From IMG/VR virus record IMGVR_UViG_3300030060_004277, positions 1 through 64,000 of that record: a DNA stretch of 64,000 nucleotides. One strand, written 5' to 3'. The notes under the pieces were generated by a model. That model was not told where the DNA came from. It ran no database searches and was given only the letters and a program-made list of their open reading frames with translations. Below, piece after piece: positions 9,046 through 18,232 of this stretch. Each line of letters opens with the position of its first letter. The stretch's first letter is position 1. The translations under genes and the position numbers were made by a program. The stretch is from a virus.

Positions 9046-9266
9046 TGGGGCGATTGATGAAACGGTTAGAAGTTAAGTGCAGAAAATGCGGTCACGAGCA
9101 TGTACCACATCGTCTGACAGCGAGATACCACAGCGGTGACGTTAGTAAAATAAAGAATAGAATACAATTGTGGCAGTGCAAGAAGTGCGGCCATTTCTGG
9201 CAGGATTCGGTCTTCAAGAAAAAGAGAAACTTGCTGCTTAGAATGGTCAGCAGAGAAGAAAGTTGA
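9042..9266 (+). CDS. Zn-ribbon protein, possibly TFS/Rpb9-like
   Basis: CRKCG-x28-CKKCGHFW. Confidence 0.7.
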   Translation: MMGRLMKRLEVKCRKCGHEHVPHRLTARYHSGDVSKIKNRIQLWQCKKCGHFWQDSVFKKKRNLLLRMVSREES

Positions 9267-9293
9267 ATAACCAACCGGTGTGCTTTCTACACC

Positions 9294-9587
9294 GTGGTGC
9301 TGTTCCGATGGCTTGCTCGCAAGTTGATGTCTATCATGGGTCACTTGTATGTGTGGTTAGATAGACGTGTTGAATACACAGATGAAGAGGTTTCAGAGGT
9401 TCTCGGATTAAAGATAGACTCTGATTTACAAACATCCTCTAGGTACGAATTGTGTCGTCTCATCGAAGCCGAGTTCAAAGTTCCAAAGGACTCTTTCTGG
9501 CGCTTACACAGCACACAGAAAATACGTTTTGCAGCACAACAGATGCGTGAGATGAAGAAGCCCAGCAAGTTCGAAATGGGGTATTGA
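9294..9587 (+). CDS. Hypothetical protein
   Basis: GTG-start ORF in operon orientation. Confidence 0.65.
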   Translation: MVLFRWLARKLMSIMGHLYVWLDRRVEYTDEEVSEVLGLKIDSDLQTSSRYELCRLIEAEFKVPKDSFWRLHSTQKIRFAAQQMREMKKPSKFEMGY

Positions 9588-9588
9588 T

Positions 9589-9657
9589 ATGGATAGAAAA
9601 TGTAGAATGTTTATGCGTTGCATGGATGATATATTTGCGGAGTGGTCAATCGAATGA
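9589..9657 (+). CDS. 22-aa micro-ORF
   Basis: MDRKCRMFMRCMDDIFAEWSIE; starts 1 nt after the previous stop and has an ATGA overlap with the next ORF. Confidence 0.4.
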   Translation: MDRKCRMFMRCMDDIFAEWSIE

Positions 9658-9788
9658 TTGGAGAATTAATTCTTGCTTCACTCATCATACCAATCTTTCT
9701 TTTCATAATGCAGTTGAGAAGAGAATATTACTGGCTGCAAAGCATTGGGGGAATTAATGGTATTTTTGAGGCCGATGACTATGAGTGA
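9654..9788 (+). CDS. 44-aa single-pass membrane microprotein
   Basis: MIGELILASLIIPIFLFIMQLRR: hydrophobic helix followed by basic residues; ATGA coupling. Confidence 0.55.
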   Translation: MIGELILASLIIPIFLFIMQLRREYYWLQSIGGINGIFEADDYE

Positions 9789-9864
9789 AGACGACAATAG
9801 CATAGGAACTGAGTTCGGTCCTATCACCAATTGGTTGATGAGAAAAATAGGAATACTGATATGA
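9781..9864 (+). CDS. 27-aa micro-ORF ending at the convergence point
   Basis: MSEDDNSIGTEFGPITNWLMRKIGILI; GAGG upstream; stop abuts the minus-strand stop at 9865. Confidence 0.4.
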   Translation: MSEDDNSIGTEFGPITNWLMRKIGILI

Positions 9865-10440
9865 TTACCATTCCCATCCACTAATCTCAGTAACCATGCT
9901 ACCGTATTTGTTCTCTATCATTGTCTTGTAGTCCTGATTGCTCACCACGTTGCCATCATCATCCATATCCACTGTGAGCCATGTGTCGAACCAACCCACA
10001 TCCCAACTGCTTCCTGTTGGTGGTACCCATGTGTGTATATCGGCGTGCACGATTGTGAACCTGTCGTCCTTGGCACAATCGTCCCAGACCAAGTCTATCA
10101 CATCCTGTTCCCTCTCGACAACCGTAACGCTGGTCACGTCGTCTGAACCGAGCAAGGGAATGTGAATCATACCGATACCGAGCCCTGCGATGAGTATGTC
10201 ACCGGACATACGGGTCATCAACCAGTCATGCTCACCGTACTCCTGCTCGGTGTCCTGCATTATGTTGAGCCAAGAGGCACCATACCTCCTGTATAGCACG
10301 GTGTAGTCTCCCTCTGCTATGTTGCGGTAGTTAACGTAGTTCAACCAAGACGGCTCCCCAGTGGTGGTAGTGCACTGCTCGACCTTGTAGTTCCCACTCT
10401 CACCATCGGGTATTCCCGTCACTTCCCATCTACTCATCAC
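9865..10440 (-). CDS. Class I SAM-dependent methyltransferase (spermidine-synthase-like fold)
   Basis: ILIAGLGIG motif I, VTVVE, HAD, WFDTW. Confidence 0.8.
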   Translation of the reverse strand: MMSRWEVTGIPDGESGNYKVEQCTTTTGEPSWLNYVNYRNIAEGDYTVLYRRYGASWLNIMQDTEQEYGEHDWLMTRMSGDILIAGLGIGMIHIPLLGSDDVTSVTVVEREQDVIDLVWDDCAKDDRFTIVHADIHTWVPPTGSSWDVGWFDTWLTVDMDDDGNVVSNQDYKTMIENKYGSMVTEISGWEW

Positions 10441-11000
10441 GTCACCTCTATATTTATGCTTAAACCGGATGCGTCAGTGCTTCCACCACTATTACTAGCA
10501 CTACAACCAACATTGAATAAAAAATCATCACCGGCAACCATGAGTTGGTATCCCCTACCACCTGAATTATGTTGGAAATGCGCCGCGTGACCCGCACTCC
10601 CACTTGTTTCGTCTTGGTCAGTAGAGGCTGTACCTACAATGTTCGAACTTGATATCGCACCGCCAGAATCGTTCACACTAGGAAGTGCTAGTCCCCATTG
10701 AAAATTCGTGGCACCAGTAGCGCGTATGAACCCCTGCACTCCGAATATAATGACTCCACTAAAGTTGGTTAGAGCATCCAAGTAAAGGGAATTGTAACCA
10801 AACGCTATGTTTACGCTGTTGGAACTGAAGGTGCTACCGTCATTGGAGGCAAGAGTGTTGGACAACTCATTGGCTTGAAAGACTATCACAGCGTTGTCGT
10901 AGTTGCCCGCTGATGAAGTGGCTATGCTGACTCCCGTCGGTGCGCTGCCACCTGCTTGTCCCTGTTGTGCGATTGTTCCTAATACGGCTGGCATTGGCAT
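10437..11000 (-). CDS. Tail-fibre-associated, putative receptor-binding protein
   Basis: S/G/A/N-rich beta-type composition; lies at the end of the fibre cluster. Confidence 0.55.
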   Translation of the reverse strand: MPMPAVLGTIAQQGQAGGSAPTGVSIATSSAGNYDNAVIVFQANELSNTLASNDGSTFSSNSVNIAFGYNSLYLDALTNFSGVIIFGVQGFIRATGATNFQWGLALPSVNDSGGAISSSNIVGTASTDQDETSGSAGHAAHFQHNSGGRGYQLMVAGDDFLFNVGCSASNSGGSTDASGLSINIEVT

Positions 11001-11004
11001 GGTA

Positions 11005-14000
11005 TCATCCTAGCATTATGTACGCTGAAGAGGAAGTCGCAATGAACGTCTTCGCCTCATAACGAGTGGTTATGGTGGCATTTGAGGATGCACCGTTGAT
11101 TGTGTTGCCGTTTCTTGCGATAGTCACAGTTCCTGTTGTGTCGCTGATGATTACATACTGCTCTCCTCTGTTGGGGTCGGCAGGTAATGTGAAGGTAAGT
11201 GCGCTAGTGGCTATCAGGTACAGACCAGCGTAGTCGTCGTAGTCCAGTGCTTGGTTACCGGAGAATGTACGTACTTGCCCTGCCTTTGCCGCGACACCCG
11301 CAGCGGGAGTGTCACCGTGAGCGAGATTGTTGGAGCCAACTGCTAGTAGCCTTCTCTGACTGTCCTTGACTAGGATGGAGAAGTACATCTCACCGTCAGC
11401 GTTTCCGCTGGTTTGGTCAGGCACTAGCACTCCTATCCTAGCGTAGTCCCTGAAATCGTGTATCGCTGTCTCGCTACCTACCTCTAGCATACTTGAGTCT
11501 GACCCCATGAACTTAATCAACCCAATATTGTCATCGTCAGCGACTGTGGCATCCGTAGTGTTCCTTAGCAGAGAGATGACTGGTGCAGCAGCATCAGTAG
11601 TGTCATCATTGGTGAATACGAAGTGTCCTAGTCCCTTCGCCTTGAATGACATCCCAACGTCTGTTTGGTCTCCTGTTGCCTCGAATCCGGGGCCAGTCAT
11701 GCGACCTGCTCCGGCGGTGTTGTATGAGTTGTGGACTACATCTGTACCGAATAGAGTGCCAGCAGTCGTATCTGAGATACCATTCCATATCTTGATGTAC
11801 GAGTTTGCACTTGTTGTCTTACCGAACAGGAGTTGTTCATTACTAGAATCGTCATAGATACCATGACCGTCATCAATCAAGATGTTCTGACTGTTAGTAT
11901 CCAAGTTGCCACCGAGTTGTGGAGATGTGTCATCCACCAAGTCAGACATACCGCTACTACCACCACTAGCAACAAGGTCAATTGTTCCATCACCATCCTC
12001 ATAGGTAACAGTAATGTTAGTCTCAGTGTTACTAGAGAACATAGCCCCAACTATATCCTGAATCGCTTCCGTTGTTGGAATATCACTTATGTATGCAACA
12101 GTAGAGGCAGTACCCCAATCTGTATCCGCTTGGTCTGCACGATAATGATAGATTCTTTGTGTGCTAGTCTTGGAGAAAGCCAATAGGTTAGCATCACCAC
12201 CTGAGCCACCGTTGTATGTTTCTAATACCAAAGCATCAACATAGTCAGAGCCAGCAGTTGACCCGTCTTCCAAACCTGTCTTTGATGAGAATAATCCGAA
12301 GACTTGTCTTTTGCTTGAATCTAAATCCTCAGGAGCAAAATCCCTGTCATCTTGACTGTATAGGTATGGAGCATGTGCTGTTCTGAAATCGACATCAAAT
12401 GGGTCTCCATCTGAACCACTATCTATATCAGTCCAATCAATAGTCATACTACCATCATGGCTTAGGAATTTAATCTCTTCAGCGTCTGATATGGATACCT
12501 CAGTCCCATCATCATCCTCTAGAATGAATGTCATTTGAGAAGTGATGTATCCGTATCCAAGAATCTTATCTTCGACAGCAGCAGAAGTCATAATATGTGC
12601 ATCATCATTAGTAAATTCCCCTGAATCATCAATACCTGTTATTGTGTTGCCGTCTAAGACCAATCCTGTTAGAGTTACACTACCAGTTACGTCTAATGCT
12701 GTAGAAGGACTCGTATTGCCTATTCCGACATTGCCCTCTGAGTCAATACGCATCCTCTCGTTGGATGCAGTGTCATCATCGTCGTTTATGGCGGAAGTGA
12801 AGAATATCAAGTCTCCACCCTTGTCTCCTGTGCTGTGGTCTTCAGCAGCATAGGCGGCAATACCAGCAGATGCTTCTGTTGCCTGTGAAGGAGAATTACC
12901 ATCCTTTGAATCAAAACCAATGGCACCGAGTAAATCGCCGTCAGAGATAGTGGTGTTTCTATTTATTATAGTCATTCCATCATTGAAATCTCCCGCCTGA
13001 TGATACACTGTGAAAGAGGTTGATGGGTGTGCGCCGTAGTTATTGACGGCTAACTTACCATCTATGAATGTCATACCAATGCTGCTTGTTGTATCATCAT
13101 CTTGGTTTGTTGGTGAAAACATGAATTCTAAGTATCCTCCTTTATCACCTGTGCCGTGGTCTTCCCTCGCTTTAGCAACAATAGCAGCAGACGCCTCAAG
13201 CACGCTGCTTGGTACATTGCCATCAGTCGAATCGAAACCGATGCCACCGAGAAGGTCATTGCTGGCCGTTGATGAGTCGGCTCTGACAACCATTATCCCG
13301 TCGTCACCATCAGCACCAGTGTGGTCAACCTGTAGTTTATTCAACGGACTCGTAGTGCCTATTCCGACATTGCCACCATCAGTCAATATTGACAAACGCG
13401 CTATTGAAGTGTCATCATAATTTTCAGAATCTCCATAACTTGAAATCTGATTGCTATTTCCTGCTGTTAGTTCTAATCTCCCTCTCCCGAAATTATCGGT
13501 AGCAACATATCTAAGACCTGCTCCTACCCTACTTCCATCACCACCTGTGCTATCTTCTGCGTTGAAGAATAACAGAGAGCCTATCTTATCATCAGCAGCA
13601 TGAGCCGCATCCGTATTGCGTATAAATATCGAAGGAGTGCTACTACTAGCGACATCTAGATTATGGGCAGGACTCGTAGTGCCTATTCCTACATCACCAT
13701 CAGAAGCAATTGTCATTCTTGCTGTTCCGGCGGTGGTGAATGTTTGAGTGTCTGTACCAAATGTAATCTTGTTGTTGGTATCTCCTGAGTGAATCAAATC
13801 ACTAGCGATTGTGACTGTTGAAAATGTCACATCGTCTGAAGTACCAACTGCTTGGCCAATTGATATTGTTGAAGAGTAATTTCCAGTTGTAGTGCCAGTC
13901 TCAGAGCCTATTGTTACCCCTGTCCCACCTGTTAGGTCCACACCGGTTATGTCTCCACCACCAGCAGCACCTACTTGAGAAGCGACGTATGCCTTGATTG

Positions 14001-14613
14001 ATTGTTGCGTAGCCAAGGCTGTGGCAGAGTCGGAGGCCATATTGTCCTCGTCCAGAATAGTGGTGACAGCCGCTCCACTGCCGATTTTGAGTCCACCGTT
14101 AGATACTACGACGTTACCATCTTCACCGTTGATGGTGAGCATCTCTGTCATGCTGTTATTACTTTGCACCTTGAAGAACATCTTCGAGTCTCTGCTGGTA
14201 TTGTCAGAGTCCTGTATGTTGACCCTTATCTGGCCGAAGTTAGCGTCAGTGGCGTTGTGAGTCTCAGCCCTGAACAGGATGTTACCTATGTTGGTGTCAT
14301 CCAACATGGACGAACCGCCACTACCTGAACCAGCGGTATTGGTGGAAAAAAGCGCTAAGACGGGTCCTTGGTTAGGGCTGTCCGCATCCCCCATCTGTCT
14401 TTCGATAATCATGTCGTAGGAGACAACACTGTCGCCATCGCTGTCATCGTTGTCCGTGATGAGGTGAATCAGCGCCTCGTCTCTGGTAGTCTCATCAATC
14501 CTACTTGTCAGGTCACTACCTATGGTGAGTTTACCTAGGTCAGCATCGAATAGCATCTGCTTCGTAGTGCCGACTGTCAAACCTTTTCTTACCCTGAAAT
14601 TCTTCTCTGCCAT
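11005..14613 (-). CDS. Long tail fibre protein (1202 aa)
   Basis: G(N/D)VGIG(T/N)TSP repeats, DEDNMASDSATALATQQSIKAYV, DTSPQLGGNLD, C-terminal TLPA...TIARNGNTING. These are marine phage fibre motifs. Confidence 0.85.
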   Translation of the reverse strand: MAEKNFRVRKGLTVGTTKQMLFDADLGKLTIGSDLTSRIDETTRDEALIHLITDNDDSDGDSVVSYDMIIERQMGDADSPNQGPVLALFSTNTAGSGSGGSSMLDDTNIGNILFRAETHNATDANFGQIRVNIQDSDNTSRDSKMFFKVQSNNSMTEMLTINGEDGNVVVSNGGLKIGSGAAVTTILDEDNMASDSATALATQQSIKAYVASQVGAAGGGDITGVDLTGGTGVTIGSETGTTTGNYSSTISIGQAVGTSDDVTFSTVTIASDLIHSGDTNNKITFGTDTQTFTTAGTARMTIASDGDVGIGTTSPAHNLDVASSSTPSIFIRNTDAAHAADDKIGSLLFFNAEDSTGGDGSRVGAGLRYVATDNFGRGRLELTAGNSNQISSYGDSENYDDTSIARLSILTDGGNVGIGTTSPLNKLQVDHTGADGDDGIMVVRADSSTASNDLLGGIGFDSTDGNVPSSVLEASAAIVAKAREDHGTGDKGGYLEFMFSPTNQDDDTTSSIGMTFIDGKLAVNNYGAHPSTSFTVYHQAGDFNDGMTIINRNTTISDGDLLGAIGFDSKDGNSPSQATEASAGIAAYAAEDHSTGDKGGDLIFFTSAINDDDDTASNERMRIDSEGNVGIGNTSPSTALDVTGSVTLTGLVLDGNTITGIDDSGEFTNDDAHIMTSAAVEDKILGYGYITSQMTFILEDDDGTEVSISDAEEIKFLSHDGSMTIDWTDIDSGSDGDPFDVDFRTAHAPYLYSQDDRDFAPEDLDSSKRQVFGLFSSKTGLEDGSTAGSDYVDALVLETYNGGSGGDANLLAFSKTSTQRIYHYRADQADTDWGTASTVAYISDIPTTEAIQDIVGAMFSSNTETNITVTYEDGDGTIDLVASGGSSGMSDLVDDTSPQLGGNLDTNSQNILIDDGHGIYDDSSNEQLLFGKTTSANSYIKIWNGISDTTAGTLFGTDVVHNSYNTAGAGRMTGPGFEATGDQTDVGMSFKAKGLGHFVFTNDDTTDAAAPVISLLRNTTDATVADDDNIGLIKFMGSDSSMLEVGSETAIHDFRDYARIGVLVPDQTSGNADGEMYFSILVKDSQRRLLAVGSNNLAHGDTPAAGVAAKAGQVRTFSGNQALDYDDYAGLYLIATSALTFTLPADPNRGEQYVIISDTTGTVTIARNGNTINGASSNATITTRYEAKTFIATSSSAYIMLG

Positions 14614-14638
14614 TTCCTCACCATGATTTCACTCTCCA

Positions 14639-16879
14639 TCATTGTTTGATTAATTGAGTTGCCGTCACCGAAAATGCTCCGGTGAAGTTACTTACAGTGT
14701 TCGTAAACTGAACTGCTATATTACTTCCACTCTTAACGGCCGCTAGAGTGCCCATTGGGGTATCGTTTGAACTGATGTAAGCGTAAGTCGTCATGTGCAC
14801 GTCAGTAGCGCCGCTACCAGTCGGCCCGGTGTCTCCATCGTATGTCACAAGAATCTCGAACGCATCGGTCTCATGAGTGCTGGTGTTATGGATGTGACCC
14901 ACCAACTTCGCAGTTCTGTACGTACCGTATGCGTAAGTGAACAAATCAATAGCCGAGCCAGCGAATGACTGACTGTTGGAACTGCTGGTATCTATCACTG
15001 CGACCGAATCGACGGATAATGACGGGGTGTTGATGGTGGTGTTCGCAGTGATGGTCGCGGCTGTCAGTGTGCCTAGTGTCCCTATGTCTTTGCTGCCATC
15101 CACCACAAGGGCCTTGCTTGCAGTCGCAGTGCCTGCTGTCACGCTATCCAAGACGCCAATCTCGGCAGTCGTTATCGTGGTGCTGTCGAGTGTCAGTGAT
15201 GTATCGCCCGTCAGTGTGCCTGTGACGTTCAGGTTACCAGTGATGTCCAGTGGTTTGTTTATGGTGAACTTGGTCCCAGTGTCAGAGTACAACATAGACG
15301 CACTAGCACCATCGATAGAGAACCCTGCACCATCAGCGCCAGCAGAGTCAGCAGCACCCTTGGCTAGTGTGATTGTCAGGTCATCAACATCCAAGTTAGT
15401 CACACTGACGCTGTTGACGTCACCTGTTATGTTCAAGTCTCCAGTGACTGCTAGGTCACCAGTGACTTTAGCACCATCAGACAGGACTTCCATCCTCTTG
15501 GTGAGTGTGCCGTTTAAGGAGGTGTAGAACTCTATGTTGGAATCCTGAGTGGTGCCAGTTGAAGTGAAAGCCTCGTTCTTCACCACCTTTATCTTCCCGG
15601 AATCCACCGTGTTGCCGCTAGTGTCCTCTAGGTTGAACAGCATCGAGACGCTGCCGTTGGTGTTGTTGGAGTCACTGCGATTGCTGAGTGCCATTGCGAT
15701 GAACTCGGCATCGGTGTCCTCTGCTACCGTCAAGGGGTGAGTTATGATGTTGCCACTCACGTCGCTTGCTACACCGCTGCCTATCCCTAGCCTTCCGTCC
15801 TTCATCACTATCGTGTTGCTCAACGAGAAGGCATCAGTAGAACCAGAGCCATCAGCGCTCTTGGTGAAGAAGTCTATCCTTGAAGAGGCAGTTCCAGTTC
15901 CCCCTCCAGATTTGAGTGTTAGAGTATTACCAGTGACGTTGGTTCCCGATTTGTTTACTGGTCTGATTATACTACCATCGGACGTAATCAGGTCGTCCCC
16001 TACCGTGATGTCATCAGTAGCAGTCAAATCAGCCGCTGTGACTGTTGCGGATGCTGTGAGTGATGCTACACCAGTGATGTTGTCGGAGTCATCAATGGTC
16101 ATACCCGTGTCTTGTATCGCTGCTGTTCCATCCATACGCACCATTCTGTGGTCATTACCGCTGACTGTCAGTAGACCGCTTGTCGTCATGTAGGTCTTCA
16201 GCCTAGACATGGTGGCTTTCCTGTTAGTACCACCATCACCGTCGTCGACTGGGAACGTATCCGCGTCTACTAGAGCAGCACCGATGTCTGACAAACCGTC
16301 TATATCGAGAGTGCTACCACCAGATGATGATATTGTGACTACACCGCCTGATTCTGATAGGGTTATATTAGTGCCTTTCTTGAGCATCAGGGTCTCAGTG
16401 CTTGCTAATGTCTCATTGGCACTACCGTCGCCATTGGTATCCACAGCAATAGTTCTTCGTACTGCATTAATCTCTAATATAGCGGCTCCAGAGTTGTTTA
16501 CAGCAGCAGAGGATACGGTTATGTCAGTGCCTGCCTTCAACTCGAATGCAGGTGGTCCTCCTGATGCACCAACACGGTCTGAGAGTATTGTTACTGTCTC
16601 ACCACTGTTGAGTGTACCAGCGAGCGGTTTGCTGAGATAGATAGTGCCGGTGCCTGTATCTATGTCTGTGACTTGAGTGCCCTTCGTTATTGCTGTGTGA
16701 TGGACGTGGTCACCGATTGTGAAGGAGCCATGAGTCGCTGTGGTGAAGAAATAAGTACCAGCCACTCTATTGGCAGTGTTAGTCGTCTCGGTGCCCTTCG
16801 CCACTTGAATGGTCTTGAATGGCATCCCCGGCGAGTTGACCGCGTTAGGGGTTGTAGTGAGTATGCTTGGTTCAGCCAT
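14639..16879 (-). CDS. Tail fibre protein
   Basis: T/G/S/D-rich, with VTGDLNITG...LDVDDLTITL repeat and C-terminal YRTAKL domain. Start set at ATG 16879 after AGGTGG SD. Confidence 0.8.
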   Translation of the reverse strand: MAEPSILTTTPNAVNSPGMPFKTIQVAKGTETTNTANRVAGTYFFTTATHGSFTIGDHVHHTAITKGTQVTDIDTGTGTIYLSKPLAGTLNSGETVTILSDRVGASGGPPAFELKAGTDITVSSAAVNNSGAAILEINAVRRTIAVDTNGDGSANETLASTETLMLKKGTNITLSESGGVVTISSSGGSTLDIDGLSDIGAALVDADTFPVDDGDGGTNRKATMSRLKTYMTTSGLLTVSGNDHRMVRMDGTAAIQDTGMTIDDSDNITGVASLTASATVTAADLTATDDITVGDDLITSDGSIIRPVNKSGTNVTGNTLTLKSGGGTGTASSRIDFFTKSADGSGSTDAFSLSNTIVMKDGRLGIGSGVASDVSGNIITHPLTVAEDTDAEFIAMALSNRSDSNNTNGSVSMLFNLEDTSGNTVDSGKIKVVKNEAFTSTGTTQDSNIEFYTSLNGTLTKRMEVLSDGAKVTGDLAVTGDLNITGDVNSVSVTNLDVDDLTITLAKGAADSAGADGAGFSIDGASASMLYSDTGTKFTINKPLDITGNLNVTGTLTGDTSLTLDSTTITTAEIGVLDSVTAGTATASKALVVDGSKDIGTLGTLTAATITANTTINTPSLSVDSVAVIDTSSSNSQSFAGSAIDLFTYAYGTYRTAKLVGHIHNTSTHETDAFEILVTYDGDTGPTGSGATDVHMTTYAYISSNDTPMGTLAAVKSGSNIAVQFTNTVSNFTGAFSVTATQLIKQ

Positions 16880-16880
16880 A

Positions 16881-18218
16881 TCAACCACCTGCTCCTGATA
16901 ACGACAGACCGTTGACGTTTACTGAGTACGTTGTGACATCAGCAGAGCCATTTGTATGGTTATGACGGGCTGTGTACTCGAATATGAGAGTCATGTGATT
17001 GGTTCCAGAACTGCCGCCAGCGTCTTCATGGAAGACCCACCTGAAGTTCCCCAGTGTAGTGTTACCGCTGTGGTGTGTGACAGTGGTCTCTATACCGCCA
17101 TCTGCATTCAAGTGGCCTATGACTTTGCTTATTACCCTCCTCGTAATTGTTCCTGCCGCAGTTTTTATGCTCATGGCACAGAACGCTTCTGCTGCTTGGA
17201 AGAGGTCAGTACTAGCGTTCTCAATGTTCAAGGCCAGAACTATCACTTTACCTATCCCATCAGCGTTAGTGCCGAAACCACCACCGGGAGTTTTGCTTCT
17301 GTTGGAGACTTCAGTGACTGATAGAGTTTCACTGGTGTAGAAGTTGGTGCCATCGACAGTCAGTATCTTGTGGTTGGCTCCGACGTTGTCCTGAAGTATG
17401 CCTGTTGTGGTTCTCAACTCACCGGTGTTACCAGTACCAGCCTGTATGTTACCAGTGGCAACGAGAGTGGTCACAGTCGCCGCTGCTTGCGCTGCTCCTC
17501 CTATTGTCACACCGTCGAGAGTACCACCGTCGATGTCAGCAGTGGTAACTGTACCCAAGTCAGCGATAGTGGTACTGGCGAACGTGCTGTTCTTCCCGAA
17601 GGTGATTGTCTCTGCGGACGTATTGAAGACCATGAAATCAGCAGACCCATCAGTGATGCTCAACGCATCGGCAGAAGCGTCTTTTAGCGTAATCTTAGCA
17701 GTACCAGTATCAGCACCACTCATATCTATGTTGAGACCAGTTCCTGCTGCATCGACGCTTATGCTGTCTGCGTTTATGTCACCGACGTTGGTGATGCTGT
17801 TTTCACCGAGGCTCAAGTCGCCAGCGAGTGCTGTGATGGTGGTTGTGTCGATTGTACCGCCTGAAACCGCATCACCGCTAATTTGGTCATTGGCGAGAGT
17901 CAGTGTGCCACCTGACACGTCCAAGGTCTTACCAGTGCCTACGGTAATGTTTGATGTGGCGATGGTAGCCCCGTCTATCGTACCTCCGTCTATGTCGACC
18001 TTGGAGATGTCTACTTCACCAGTGCCCTTGGGAGTAATTGCGATGTTGATGTTGGTGTCAGTACCGTCAGCGGCTAACGTAGTGCCTGTGAGCGTAACGC
18101 CAGCGGCAGCCACGTTTGTGTCAAACGTACCAGCGAAAATACTGTGGTCAGATGGGACAGTAACATCACCATCGGCGACTATCAGTCCCTTCTGTACACG
18201 GAAGTCCTTCTCTGCCAC
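16881..18218 (-). CDS. Tail fibre protein
   Basis: N-terminal MAEKDFRVQKGL; IDGGTIDG and ITPKGTG fibre repeats. Confidence 0.8.
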   Translation of the reverse strand: MAEKDFRVQKGLIVADGDVTVPSDHSIFAGTFDTNVAAAGVTLTGTTLAADGTDTNINIAITPKGTGEVDISKVDIDGGTIDGATIATSNITVGTGKTLDVSGGTLTLANDQISGDAVSGGTIDTTTITALAGDLSLGENSITNVGDINADSISVDAAGTGLNIDMSGADTGTAKITLKDASADALSITDGSADFMVFNTSAETITFGKNSTFASTTIADLGTVTTADIDGGTLDGVTIGGAAQAAATVTTLVATGNIQAGTGNTGELRTTTGILQDNVGANHKILTVDGTNFYTSETLSVTEVSNRSKTPGGGFGTNADGIGKVIVLALNIENASTDLFQAAEAFCAMSIKTAAGTITRRVISKVIGHLNADGGIETTVTHHSGNTTLGNFRWVFHEDAGGSSGTNHMTLIFEYTARHNHTNGSADVTTYSVNVNGLSLSGAGG

Positions 18219-18232
18219 TCAACTCACCTCCA

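Noticed and set aside
9276-9294. 6-bp hairpin CGGTGT-7 nt-ACACCG touching the GTG start at 9294
   Set aside because: Too short to distinguish from chance; no U-tract.
870-9881. Minus-strand ORFs over the replication operon
   Set aside because: Antisense shadows of recognisable plus-strand genes.
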